DNA from: Candidatus Poribacteria bacterium
GTDB lineage: Bacteria > Poribacteria > WGA-4E > WGA-3G
Assembly: GCA_964291315.2 (NCBI GenBank)
Contig: OZ219750.1
Coordinates: forward strand, 96,001 to 160,000
Direction: 5' to 3'
DNA: 64,000 nt
In this document: positions 37,824 to 47,338 of the stretch, in pieces
Position numbering within the stretch: the stretch's first letter is position 1
How the letters are laid out: each line of letters opens with the position of its first letter
The notes under the pieces: generated by a model
Told to the model about the DNA's origin: nothing
Databases searched by the model: none
The model's input: only the letters and a program-made list of their open reading frames with translations
Made by a program: the position numbers and the translations under genes

Positions 37824-39662
37824 ATGAAAAAGCGAATGTTTGTAGGTCTGTTTATGTGTGTGGCGTGTCTGTTGCATCTGTCAGTTCCGAGCGTTGTTTT
37901 TGGGCAAAGCCTTGCTGAACAAGTATTTAACAATAATAAAGAACTTCTGCAACGCGAAGAGATTAGATCTTCGCTGCCAGATGTCCTGCGCATTCTCGGA
38001 GAGAAAAAGATATCCTCAAAGGGGACTCTTGATTCAATTTTGGCAAACCCTCGTTTTTTATTTGTTTATCCAGAGTTTAAGGACAATAAAAAGAATCTAG
38101 AAATTATGGGACTTTTGGTAACAGACGTACCTCTCCGAGCCCTGTTTCGAGACGAACAATTTTTTCGTGTACTTACGAACGAAACTGAGAATGCTGCATT
38201 GGTGAGACTAATTGAGGCAACTCCGATACCAGCAAAAATAATTAAAATAATTTCTGGGAATGGGCAAGAAGGGAAGATCAATACGCGTTTGCCGGATCCT
38301 TTTGTGGTAGAAGTGCAGGATCAAAATGGTAAGTCGCTTTCTCGTAGAGACGTCACTTTCAAAATCACTAAGGGGAAAGGGCACCTGTCGTCTACAAGAG
38401 CAAAGACCGACACGAACGGTCGAGCCGAGGTTACCTTAAGGCTCGGCTCCGAGCTGGGGATATATCAGGTGCAGGCAAGCGTTGCTGGGTTGACGCAAAC
38501 GTTTATTGCGGCTGCTATTGGCACCACAGGATCAGAAAGCGGTCCAGCACCCTCATTGTACTGGGTAGACGAAGCTAAGAAAGCGATCTACCATCGCCCT
38601 ACCGGTGGCGTAGGAGACGAGTGGCTGAAGCTAAAAAATGGAAATCTGACAGGAGGCATCGCAGTAGATGTGGTAGGCGGAAGGGTCTACTGGACAGAAA
38701 AATTGGGTAGGAAATGGAGAATCCGAAGTGCTGCACTGGATGGAACGGCTGTCAAACCAGTTAGGAACAAAATGGATGTTGAACCTCTTGGTATTGTTGT
38801 TGGAACTGGCGGAGACGGTAAACGGTGGGTGTATTGGACGACCTCTGGTGGCAACATCCAAGGTATAGCTATAAAACCTGATGGTTCAGTTGCTTCAAAG
38901 TCTTTTAAGCGAAACCTCGTCCCCCGTTCGAAGTCTCCGATGCACATCGCCTTTTATGATGGCGAACTTTATTGGACAGAGTCCAATCGTATCATGCGTG
39001 CGAATAGTAATGAAGCTATAGTAGAGTCCCCGGATGAGTTGGGCGGCATTGCGGTTGCTGGTAGCATCGTGTATTGGACAGAGCAAACGAGCGACGGAAA
39101 AGGCAACGTCAAATCTGTGAACGTCAATGGATCTGGTGAGAAGATGCTTGCCTCATTAGAGAGCGTTCCGCAAGGGCTTGCAGTAGACCCCGCAGGTGGC
39201 AGGTTATATTGGACGACCGCTGGCGGCGGAATCCAAAGCACGCTGATTTCCCCCATCCACATTGATGTTAAGAATAAGGATGCACAGGCGACAGGGCTTG
39301 CCTTAGGGGTGCCGTCAACAGATTCCTCACCGAGTGCGGCTGCACCCTCCATGCATGTAGCAGACGCTGCGCAGAACAACTTGCTTGCGAATTATCCGAA
39401 CCCGTTCAACCCCGAGACCTGGATCCCGTATCAGTTGTCGGAACCGGCAGAGGTCACCGTGTCAATATACGGTGTGAACGGCAGCCTGATTCGAACGTTG
39501 GCGTTGGGGCATCAGGCACCCGGTGCTTACCGGAGCAAAAGTCGTGCAGCATACTGGGACGGACGTAACGAGCTCGGTGAGCCTGTTGCAAGCGGGCTCT
39601 ATTTCTATACATTAACCGCAGGCGACTTTACAGCAACTCGGAAGATGTTGATACGGAAGTAG
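37824..39662 (+). CDS. Secreted Big_1 Ig-like + YWTD (LDL-receptor class B-like) propeller + CTD protein
   Basis: ISGNGQEG...PFVVEV.D..G...VTF...TD.NG.A; repeated [LVI]YWT[ET]; CTD LANYPNPFNPETWIPYQL...ATRKMLIRK. Confidence 0.85.
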   Translation: MKKRMFVGLFMCVACLLHLSVPSVVFGQSLAEQVFNNNKELLQREEIRSSLPDVLRILGEKKISSKGTLDSILANPRFLFVYPEFKDNKKNLEIMGLLVTDVPLRALFRDEQFFRVLTNETENAALVRLIEATPIPAKIIKIISGNGQEGKINTRLPDPFVVEVQDQNGKSLSRRDVTFKITKGKGHLSSTRAKTDTNGRAEVTLRLGSELGIYQVQASVAGLTQTFIAAAIGTTGSESGPAPSLYWVDEAKKAIYHRPTGGVGDEWLKLKNGNLTGGIAVDVVGGRVYWTEKLGRKWRIRSAALDGTAVKPVRNKMDVEPLGIVVGTGGDGKRWVYWTTSGGNIQGIAIKPDGSVASKSFKRNLVPRSKSPMHIAFYDGELYWTESNRIMRANSNEAIVESPDELGGIAVAGSIVYWTEQTSDGKGNVKSVNVNGSGEKMLASLESVPQGLAVDPAGGRLYWTTAGGGIQSTLISPIHIDVKNKDAQATGLALGVPSTDSSPSAAAPSMHVADAAQNNLLANYPNPFNPETWIPYQLSEPAEVTVSIYGVNGSLIRTLALGHQAPGAYRSKSRAAYWDGRNELGEPVASGLYFYTLTAGDFTATRKMLIRK

Positions 39663-39696
39663 GCTGGGTTTGCTCAGGACCTGTTTGTATTACTCC

Positions 39697-39751
39697 AAAA
39701 TCGGACAATCGGTGTATTTCCTAAGGAGATGTATGGGTTGTCTGTTTTTTT
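39697..39751 (+). terminator. Long hairpin terminator, copy 3 of the conserved CTD 3' element
   Basis: AAAATCGGACAATCGGTGTATTTC-CTAAG-GAGATGTATGGGTTGTCTGTTTTTTT. Confidence 0.72.
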
Positions 39752-39762
39752 GTTGCAGGTAG

Positions 39763-39874
39763 GCACAACCTAACAGGTTAGGCTACAAGAGCCGAACTAC
39801 AAGCGCTGAGGAGGCACAGACTAACAGTCTATGCTACAAGAACTGAAAAGGCACAACCTAACAGGTTAAGCTAC
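39763..39874. repeat. Cluster of three REP-like units
   Basis: Units at 39763-39786, 39814-39837 and 39851-39874. Confidence 0.82.
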
Positions 39875-39878
39875 AGCT

Positions 39879-41111
39879 TCAATATTCTCCCTTGAGGGTG
39901 AGGGTCGCGCGCGTGTGGGTGTAGTTGAGGAAATCGAGCAAGGGATCCAGGTCGTTGGTTCGGTTTTGGGTGACCTGATAGTCGGCGTTGAGCGTTAGAT
40001 GCGGATTGAGCTGCCAATTCAACTGCAGCTGAGCACCGATCTGTGTATCTCTGCGATTGGGGGCATCCTCTGGGATCAGCCCGGTCTCGTCTGGGATTTG
40101 TTTGCCTTCAAAGTGTACCCAGAGTCTGGAGAGGCGGAGCCGTCCCCAGCGACCCGCATCAAGCCGATAGAAGCCGCTTGCTGCCACCTCAGTACTGACG
40201 AAGTTGAAAAAAGCAACGTTAGAGCGGTTGAGAAACAGGTTGACCTCTTCCTGAAACACAACCTCTTCGCTTGCGATCTGTAGCAGTTTTGCGGAGCCGA
40301 TGTGTCGCCAATCGTCTCGGCGCTCGTTGTCTTCAAGCCCTGTGACCCCTAGGATGAGATTATTTAAATTGGTTTCGTAGCTGCTGTTTTCTAATCCGTA
40401 TTCTATTTTGCCCAGCACCTGTTCGAGAAGTCCGAATTGCAGCCGGCCTGTCATGTTGTGGGTGTTGGAACCGACGAGCAGGAAATCCTCTCTCAAGGAT
40501 AGATCGTCGTCAAATCGGTGTAACCTGAAACTGTATTCTAGAACGCGCCCGAGGCGTAGGGCGAGTTGTCGCTCGACACTGTTATAGACTTTGGAGGTCC
40601 GCGCGAGACGTTGCAGCTGATGTGAAGCCACGAGTGGCGGTAGATTTGCGGCGGGTTTGAAGCTCAGTTCGGTTAAGATAACGTCGCTAAATGCGTCGAA
40701 TTCGTCGAGTTTGCCGTCAGCGCCGGTATAATTTTCAACTTGCGGTATATATTGCAGTTTGAGTCTGAGTCTATGGGCGACTGGCAGATCGGCCTGCAGA
40801 TCAAGCCCGAGGCGGTTGATCATACCTACGAGCTGCGAGTCGTCTTCTCCGGCCAAGCTGCTGGTGTACGGGTCTACGCTTAAACCGAGTTCAATGTGAT
40901 TGTTGAAGGTGTTAGAGAAGAGAGAGCTGACTGTTAGTTCAGCGGGGGCGGCTGCAGGTGTAGCGGGTTCTTTTTCTAATAGACTCCGTCCGATTTCAGT
41001 CTGAAGTTGTGCGAAGGTGCTTTGCGGCTGGGATGAGAGTAGGACAGCTATGAGTTGCGTGAAAATGAGCAGGCATGCTGACCGGCTGTTTGTCGTTTTT
41101 AGCATGTTCAT
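39879..41111 (-). CDS. Putative outer membrane beta-barrel protein
   Basis: Signal peptide, alternating amphipathic strands, C-terminal ATLTLKGEY. Confidence 0.65.
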   Translation of the reverse strand: MNMLKTTNSRSACLLIFTQLIAVLLSSQPQSTFAQLQTEIGRSLLEKEPATPAAAPAELTVSSLFSNTFNNHIELGLSVDPYTSSLAGEDDSQLVGMINRLGLDLQADLPVAHRLRLKLQYIPQVENYTGADGKLDEFDAFSDVILTELSFKPAANLPPLVASHQLQRLARTSKVYNSVERQLALRLGRVLEYSFRLHRFDDDLSLREDFLLVGSNTHNMTGRLQFGLLEQVLGKIEYGLENSSYETNLNNLILGVTGLEDNERRDDWRHIGSAKLLQIASEEVVFQEEVNLFLNRSNVAFFNFVSTEVAASGFYRLDAGRWGRLRLSRLWVHFEGKQIPDETGLIPEDAPNRRDTQIGAQLQLNWQLNPHLTLNADYQVTQNRTNDLDPLLDFLNYTHTRATLTLKGEY

Positions 41112-41163
41112 TTGAGATGGTTCATCGGGTAGTGCGTATTTGGGTTCTCATTCAATGTTTTCG

Positions 41164-41934
41164 TCATTCAATCATTCCGTCTTGTGGGCTTGAGGCGGTT
41201 GCGTAGAGTTTTCGAGGGATGCGTCCGGCGAGGAACGCGGCTCTGCCTGCTTCGATCGCCTTTTTCATTGCTTCTGCCATGAGAGCGGGGCGGTGTGCTT
41301 TTGCCACTGCGGTGTTGAGTAGGACTCCATCGCAGCCTAATTCCATTGCTATTGCTGCGTCTGATGCGGTTCCGACTCCGGCGTCCACGATGAGCGGTAC
41401 CTGTACAAGGTCGCGGATGATCTGTATATTATACGGATTGCGGATTCCCATTCCAGAGCCGATGGGTGCCCCTAACGGCATTACGGCGGCGCAGCCGAGG
41501 TCTTCCAATTTCTTACAGGTAATCGGGTCGTCATTACAGTAGGGTAGCACGGTAAAATTGTCTTTGACAAGCGTTTCGGCTGCGTTGAGGAGTTGCTCCA
41601 CGTCTGGAAAGAGTGTTTGCTCGTCCCCGATAACTTCGAGTTTGATGAGGGATGTGTTGAGTGCTTCTCTGGCGAGGTTTGCTGTCAGAATTGCGTCTTT
41701 TGCGGTGAAACAGCCGGCGGTATTTGGCAGGAGTGTGATACCGCGTTCGCGTAGGAGTGTGAACAGATTTTCGCCGGGTGTATTGGTAAATTTCACACGC
41801 CGCATCGACACGGTGGCAATTTCGGCACCGCTTGCGGCAATAGCCTCGGTCATGATATGCAAATTGGGGTAGCCCGCTGTTCCGATGATCAGTCTAGATG
41901 TGTATGTCTGAGCTGCAATTTTAAATTCTTGCAT
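41164..41934 (-). CDS. thiG: Thiazole synthase
   Basis: [50 protein letters not shown]. Confidence 0.95.
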   Translation of the reverse strand: MQEFKIAAQTYTSRLIIGTAGYPNLHIMTEAIAASGAEIATVSMRRVKFTNTPGENLFTLLRERGITLLPNTAGCFTAKDAILTANLAREALNTSLIKLEVIGDEQTLFPDVEQLLNAAETLVKDNFTVLPYCNDDPITCKKLEDLGCAAVMPLGAPIGSGMGIRNPYNIQIIRDLVQVPLIVDAGVGTASDAAIAMELGCDGVLLNTAVAKAHRPALMAEAMKKAIEAGRAAFLAGRIPRKLYATASSPQDGMIE

Positions 41935-42051
41935 GTTTTCTCTTGTTAGAGGCAATCCGAATTACCCCGAACTGCTGAATTTGGGCGATCCGATGGGGGT
42001 TGATGTTTTTGAAAATAGCAGGCGCGCGGCAACCGATCGCCTTCCACAGTT

Positions 42052-42081
42052 AGTATAGCAGCCTCAAGCCGTCTTTGTCAA
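42052..42081 (-). promoter_or_regulatory. Internal promoter upstream of thiG
   Basis: TTGACA-N18-TATACT with TG extension. Confidence 0.55.
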
Positions 42082-42125
42082 ATATTTTCGAGCCGGTTTT
42101 TCTACGCTTCTATTTTGCGCCCGTC

Positions 42126-42332
42126 TCATCCGCCCTGTACGGCGCGGATAATTTCAACCTCGTTGCCTTCGCGCAGTTCTGTCTCTTGCCACGCTGTTTT
42201 TGGGACGACCTCTCGGTTCACTGCGACGGCGATGCCTGCCTGCCTCGGATCGCATTCTAAAACGATAAGGAGCTCATAAATATTTAGGTTGGGATTAACC
42301 GTTTTTTCTTTTCCGTTAACGCGTATCTTCAT
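42126..42332 (-). CDS. thiS: Sulfur carrier protein
   Basis: MKIRVNG...AVAVNREVV...VEIIRAVQGG with C-terminal GG. Confidence 0.95.
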   Translation of the reverse strand: MKIRVNGKEKTVNPNLNIYELLIVLECDPRQAGIAVAVNREVVPKTAWQETELREGNEVEIIRAVQGG

Positions 42333-42346
42333 TTTAGCACTTCCGG

Positions 42347-43483
42347 TTAGGTCAAGAACCGGTTTAATTGAAACGGGGCGATTATTTCTGACGTTTCGCC
42401 GGTGAGAATCAGTTTAGCGATCTCATAAGCGGTAATAGGTGTGAGTAAGATGCCGTTGCGATAGTGTCCTGTTGCATATATCAGGTTTCGGATGGGCGTT
42501 TTGCCGAGTATGGGTGCGTTGTCTCTGCTGCCGGGGCGTAGCCCGGTCCATGTTTCGAGGATGGGTAGTTCATAGACTCCTGGTATTGCTTCCCATGCCC
42601 CTCGTAGGAGTTCGAACATTCCGCCGGCGGTCAGGCGCGTGTCAAACCCCATTTCCTCACTGGTGGCGCCGACGATAAGTCTGCCGTTGGTTCTGGGCAC
42701 CAGATATACCGACATCGGATACCGTGCCCTAACGGTGCGGATGACGTTTTTGATTGCGATGCCTTCCTCCATTTGCAGTGCCAACATTTGCCCTTTCACG
42801 GGCCGGACGGGCGGGATGATAGTATCTGATAACCCGCCGATGTGTCCAGACCAGCATCCTGCTGCGAGCACACATACATCTGCTTCGTGGAATTTGTCTT
42901 GTGTTTGGATACCGATTGCGGTTCCGTTTTTTATCAGAACTTGCTCAATCGTGCTCTGTTCGTGCAACACGCCGCCGTGTGCGTGATAGGCGCGCAGGAG
43001 TGCCTGGATCATTCGTCGGTTATCGACTTGATGGTCGGTTTTACAACGGATGGCAGCAGTGATGCGTGGTGAGAGTGCGGCTTCAATGTTGCGTGCTTCT
43101 CGTCCGTTTAACCACTTGACGTCCAGTCCTAACTCTTGTTGTGAGGCATAAAGGTGTCGGAGTTGGTGCGTATCGTCGGGTTCGAGTCCGATGATGAGGG
43201 TTCCTTCGCCTCGGTAGCCGATTGACATTTCTGCGTCTGTCTCTAATGCGTTGACCCATTGCGGGTAGCGTGCTAAGCTTTGGGCGCCGAGTTTGAGGAG
43301 CTTCGGTTCTTCGCTATGTGCTTCTGCGAGTGGGGCGAGCATACCGGCGGCTGCCCAAGAGGCGGCGCGGCCGGCTTGTGCTCGTTCATAAATGGTGACG
43401 GTGGTGCCTGCTTTTGCAAGCTGCCATCCGATCCCGAGGCCGATTACGCCGCCGCCGATAATAATAATTTTCTGATGTGGCAT
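42347..43483 (-). CDS. thiO: Glycine oxidase
   Basis: IIGGGVIG, ASWAAAGMLAP, PVKGQM, YLVPR, GLRP, GHYRNGILL; adjacent to thiS and thiG. Confidence 0.93.
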   Translation of the reverse strand: MPHQKIIIIGGGVIGLGIGWQLAKAGTTVTIYERAQAGRAASWAAAGMLAPLAEAHSEEPKLLKLGAQSLARYPQWVNALETDAEMSIGYRGEGTLIIGLEPDDTHQLRHLYASQQELGLDVKWLNGREARNIEAALSPRITAAIRCKTDHQVDNRRMIQALLRAYHAHGGVLHEQSTIEQVLIKNGTAIGIQTQDKFHEADVCVLAAGCWSGHIGGLSDTIIPPVRPVKGQMLALQMEEGIAIKNVIRTVRARYPMSVYLVPRTNGRLIVGATSEEMGFDTRLTAGGMFELLRGAWEAIPGVYELPILETWTGLRPGSRDNAPILGKTPIRNLIYATGHYRNGILLTPITAYEIAKLILTGETSEIIAPFQLNRFLT

Positions 43484-43499
43484 TAATTAATTCATTAAT

Positions 43500-44558
43500 T
43501 CAATCTATTGGCATCGCGTGTGCTGGAATTTCTACGCCTTGTTGGCTCCAGAATTTGTATGCGCCGCGGTGGAGCGGTATGACAAACGCCTTGGGACCGT
43601 TTTCTATGGTCATGTCGGCTGCGGCTTGATTGGTTTGGAGCATTGCTTGATGGCCTTCGGGTGAATAGACGTGCTTTAAAAGGGCGTATACTGTTTCTTC
43701 GCTGACTGCCTTGTTTGAGATGAGGACTGTGGGCATCAGAATCGTGTTCACGGGTTCAACCTTACCTTCATATGCGCCTTCTGGTAGAGATCCGGAGAGA
43801 TAGAACGGATACTTTTCATAGAAACCGTATTTCTTTGCAGGCGTGTCGAGGTCTAACATGCGGATAGATTTGAGGGTTGTTAGTTGGATAACGGCGCTGT
43901 TTGGGACGCTGACGAGCCACTGAAAAGCGTCGACTTGTCCATCTTGGAGTGCTTGGGCGGCGGCGGTGCCGCCTTTGTAGATCGGTGTGAACTGTCCCCA
44001 GATGCCGGCGAGTTTAGCCAAGCGCTCCAATGTTTGGGCGGTGCCTGACCCGCTCGCTCCGGAGGCGATTTTTCTCCCGACGATGTCCTCGAATTGGTGA
44101 ACCTTGCTGTTTGCGAGTGTGGAAAGTTGGTCATAGGCGATAAAGAGCAGTGTGACCATACGGATATTGCTTTTTGGTCCTTCTTCTGCGAAGATTTCCT
44201 GTCCGTGGTAGCCGAGATAGCTTTCAGCTGCGAAAACGACACCGAGTGCTTCGGGATCGTCGTTGACACGCCGTGTATTTTCGATGGAACCGGCTGAGGC
44301 CTCAACAGATACTTTTATATGGGGTTCTTGACGGATTAAAATATGGCTAACGCCCCCGGCGAATTGCGAAAAACTACCGCCTATGACACCGCCCATAATG
44401 GAGAGCCATTCTTTTTTCTGAGCGGGGGTGTCACTTTGTGCCGATTTTTCATTTGATTTCCTATCGCTGCACCCGTAAAAGAGAGCTAACACAACCAATA
44501 GGAGGGATATGGATAGATGTAGTCCGTTATGATACGCAGATCTGGCTTTTGTAAACAT
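43500..44558 (-). CDS. TAXI-family TRAP transporter solute receptor (lipoprotein)
   Basis: Lipobox FYGC, ASAGSIEN, GASGSGT, ALQDGQVDA, IPLHRGAYKF; start moved to ATG 44558. Confidence 0.85.
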   Translation of the reverse strand: MFTKARSAYHNGLHLSISLLLVVLALFYGCSDRKSNEKSAQSDTPAQKKEWLSIMGGVIGGSFSQFAGGVSHILIRQEPHIKVSVEASAGSIENTRRVNDDPEALGVVFAAESYLGYHGQEIFAEEGPKSNIRMVTLLFIAYDQLSTLANSKVHQFEDIVGRKIASGASGSGTAQTLERLAKLAGIWGQFTPIYKGGTAAAQALQDGQVDAFQWLVSVPNSAVIQLTTLKSIRMLDLDTPAKKYGFYEKYPFYLSGSLPEGAYEGKVEPVNTILMPTVLISNKAVSEETVYALLKHVYSPEGHQAMLQTNQAAADMTIENGPKAFVIPLHRGAYKFWSQQGVEIPAHAMPID

Positions 44559-44620
44559 AAAGACTCCTTTTGCGTTTACATTTTGTGGGCAAGCGGTGAT
44601 GCTCCGGATGCCCAAGGAAC

Positions 44621-44699
44621 GAACAACCTACGCTACAAGTTGTACACCGCAGCAGATGGTGCTACAGAGTTCATTGTACAGTCTAACAGCCTCTGCTAC
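44621..44699. repeat. Degenerate REP-like units
   Basis: Repeated GCTAC ends; GTACAGTCTAACAGCCTCTGCTAC 44676-44699. Confidence 0.6.
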
Positions 44700-44875
44700 A
44701 TACAAGCGCTATTGTAAGGCCTGATAGGTGATGTTATAAATGATACCAAATATTTTGTGGTGTTTCAAGCGTTTTCTGATGTGGGAATCCGTTGAAGCAT
44801 AAATTTGCTTGATAAATGTCTATGGAACTGCTACACTTTAACAGGTGTGGAAGGAAAAAGGAGGTTCAAAAGACA

Positions 44876-46144
44876 GTGAAACGTTTCTGTGCATATCTAT
44901 TATTGGTTGGATTCAGCCTCTGTTTTATTATTGGGTCTGTTGCGGTTGGTGATGCGGCTACAACGAAGCGTATTGCCGTTCTCTATTTTGATGACCGCAG
45001 CAAATTTGATTCATCTACTGGCTGTGGTTGTGTGCCGGGCTTCATTGGGAAGATATTTAGCACGAAGAAACGGTGGGATTTGGGGGCTGGTTTCCCCAAA
45101 ATACTTAACCGGAAATTGGTCGAGACGACGGTATACCAACCGGTAAGTGCAGACGAAGTCTTAGATGCTATGGGATTTATGGAACTTTCACGTTCGGCTT
45201 TAAAGAAGATGGATCAGGCACAGCGCGCCGAGCTCGCTAAGCGTTTAAACGCAGATGTGCTTGTGTTGGGAGATATCCGGAAGTTTAATCAGGAACGTTT
45301 AAGGACGAACGCTTCTCGGACACTGCGGGAGGGCGGGCGGCAAGCGCAATTGGGGACGACGAGTTATAGGGCGCCGGTGATTCTACGTGGTTCTCTTCAC
45401 CGTGTTACGATTAGACTGGATATGAAGTTTTACAATGCTGCTGGTCATATTGTCGCTGAACCACGTATTGCAGCGACGCGCGATCATTCGTATGCTGGCA
45501 CGAAGATTGCTTCCCTTGAAGCGAGTGTAACGGAAGAGGGGACGAACTTGGCCTTTGGTCAGACGCCAGAGACTCGCCGGGCGAATCCTCGCCCGATCGT
45601 CAAACCCACGGCATTGAATAAAATAGCGTTTGCGAGTGCTGAATACGACAGGACACTTTTCGGCAGGGTAACGAACGAGGCGCTCATCAAGGTTGTTTTA
45701 GCACTTCGTGATAGTGTCGGGCCAAATTTCATTACGCCTTGGGAGTCGGAGACTGAAACGGTTAAAAAGGGGCAGGCAGCCGCCGAAAAAGTAGCAGAGG
45801 GCCCTATCAAAGGGAAGATTCAATATGTGGATAACGAGAACCTCGACAAGGTTTATATCAATATTGGCTCTAACAGAGGCATCGCTATCAACCAAACGTT
45901 TGCTGTCTATACTAGAGGCAAACCGGTGCGGGATCTGGATACGGGTGAAGTGCTCACCTACCTTGAAAAACAGGTGGCAGTCGTAGCGGTTGCCGAGATT
46001 CTAAACGATAAAATTTCTATATTCCGCGTCGTTGAAATGGCAGAACCGCTCAAAATGGGAGATATTGTTCGCGAGATTACGCCTGATTCCAAAGCGTCCG
46101 TGCAATCTGATTCTGAAGCAGGGGCGGTGGAAGAAGAGAAATAG
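44876..46144 (+). CDS. Exported CsgG/FlgT-like protein
   Basis: KRIAVLYF, LNADVLVLGDI, C-terminal VYINIGSNRGI...F.V...D.DTGEVL; GTG start with AGGAGG. Confidence 0.65.
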   Translation: MKRFCAYLLLVGFSLCFIIGSVAVGDAATTKRIAVLYFDDRSKFDSSTGCGCVPGFIGKIFSTKKRWDLGAGFPKILNRKLVETTVYQPVSADEVLDAMGFMELSRSALKKMDQAQRAELAKRLNADVLVLGDIRKFNQERLRTNASRTLREGGRQAQLGTTSYRAPVILRGSLHRVTIRLDMKFYNAAGHIVAEPRIAATRDHSYAGTKIASLEASVTEEGTNLAFGQTPETRRANPRPIVKPTALNKIAFASAEYDRTLFGRVTNEALIKVVLALRDSVGPNFITPWESETETVKKGQAAAEKVAEGPIKGKIQYVDNENLDKVYINIGSNRGIAINQTFAVYTRGKPVRDLDTGEVLTYLEKQVAVVAVAEILNDKISIFRVVEMAEPLKMGDIVREITPDSKASVQSDSEAGAVEEEK

Positions 46145-46164
46145 GTTCTCGAAAGGAGCGTTAT

Positions 46165-47310
46165 ATGATACGCCACTCGGATTTTTGCGAGAGTTTTGTA
46201 TTTTCAAGTCGTGCGAAAAGCGAGGTTTGTGTGCCGGTCATATCGCTTTTGCATTTTTTCTTAATCGGGCTTGTAATGTTATTCGGATGCGCTGATCCGA
46301 AGGTGCAGCAGAAAAGCGACACTGCGGATTCCACGTCTAGCCCGCCTTCTTCGGATGCGGTGGACAGCAAGATTAAAATTGGTCTGTCGATGGACTCGTT
46401 ACGCGTAGAGCGGTGGCAGAAAGACAGAGATATCTTCATAGCTGAAGCAGAAAAACTCGGTGCTGAAGTTATTGTTCAATCTGCTGACGGCGATGAGCGG
46501 CGGCAAAATGAGCAGGCAGAGAACATGATTACACAAGGGGTGGATGTTCTAGTTGTGATTCCGAAGGATAGTGTGGCTGCTTCACAGATTGTGCAAGTCG
46601 CACATGCGGAGGGGATCAAGGTGATTGCGTACGATCGGCTGATTCGTGAGAGTTCGCCTGATCTCTATATCTCTTTCGACAACGAGAAGGTTGGGTATTT
46701 ACAAGCGGAGTATCTGCTTCGTCAGAAACCGAAGGGAGCCTATTTTCTACTCGGTGGTGCTCCAACGGACAACAACGCGCAGCTTCTTCGGAAAGGACAG
46801 ATGCGTGCTTTGCAAGCCGCCCTTGATAGCGGGGCCATCCGGCTGGTAGCGGGTGGTAAACATTGGGCAGTCAATTGGGATCCGCGCGATGCCCTTAAAA
46901 AGGCGGAGCAGGTCTTGACACAGACAAAGAATCGGGTGGATGCAGTAGTCGCCTCCAACGATGGGACTGCTGGGGGTGTCATCCAGGCTCTTGAAGGACA
47001 GAATTTGGCGGGGCGGGTTCTTATTTCTGGACAGGATGCGGAACTCGCTGCGTGTCGACGGATTGTGAAAGGTACCCAGACAATGACGGTTTACAAACCG
47101 ATTCACCTCATTGCCACCCAAGCGGCTAAGGCGGCAGTCGCGCTTGCGCGAGGCGAGACAATCTTCGAGGCCAGGCAGACTGTTAACAACGGCAGGGTTG
47201 ATGTGCCTTCGATTCTGCTTACGCCTATCCAAGTTGATAAATTGAACCTCGATGAGATTGTGATCAAAGATGGGTTTCACACACGCGAAGACGTTTATCA
47301 AGCGGAATAG
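46165..47310 (+). CDS. xylF: Sugar ABC transporter substrate-binding lipoprotein (XylF-like)
   Basis: ERWQKDRD, VIAYDRLI, YISFDNEKVG, GGAPTDNNA, ASNDGTAGG, SGQDAE, QTMTVYKP; start uncertain. Confidence 0.8.
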   Translation: MIRHSDFCESFVFSSRAKSEVCVPVISLLHFFLIGLVMLFGCADPKVQQKSDTADSTSSPPSSDAVDSKIKIGLSMDSLRVERWQKDRDIFIAEAEKLGAEVIVQSADGDERRQNEQAENMITQGVDVLVVIPKDSVAASQIVQVAHAEGIKVIAYDRLIRESSPDLYISFDNEKVGYLQAEYLLRQKPKGAYFLLGGAPTDNNAQLLRKGQMRALQAALDSGAIRLVAGGKHWAVNWDPRDALKKAEQVLTQTKNRVDAVVASNDGTAGGVIQALEGQNLAGRVLISGQDAELAACRRIVKGTQTMTVYKPIHLIATQAAKAAVALARGETIFEARQTVNNGRVDVPSILLTPIQVDKLNLDEIVIKDGFHTREDVYQAE

Positions 47311-47338
47311 TTTTAGGGAGTTGCGGTCTACTATTAAA

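Noticed and set aside
31780-39751. Long imperfect palindromes after co-oriented genes as integron attC sites
   Set aside because: RYYYAAC/GTTRRRY cores are not conserved across the three copies, there is no integrase, and the T runs fit terminators.
39763-39874. Three 24-bp repeats with short spacers resembling a mini CRISPR array (also 28927-29025)
   Set aside because: Repeats vary, spacers are irregular (27 and 13 bp), the same unit is dispersed singly across the window, and no cas genes are present; this fits REPs.
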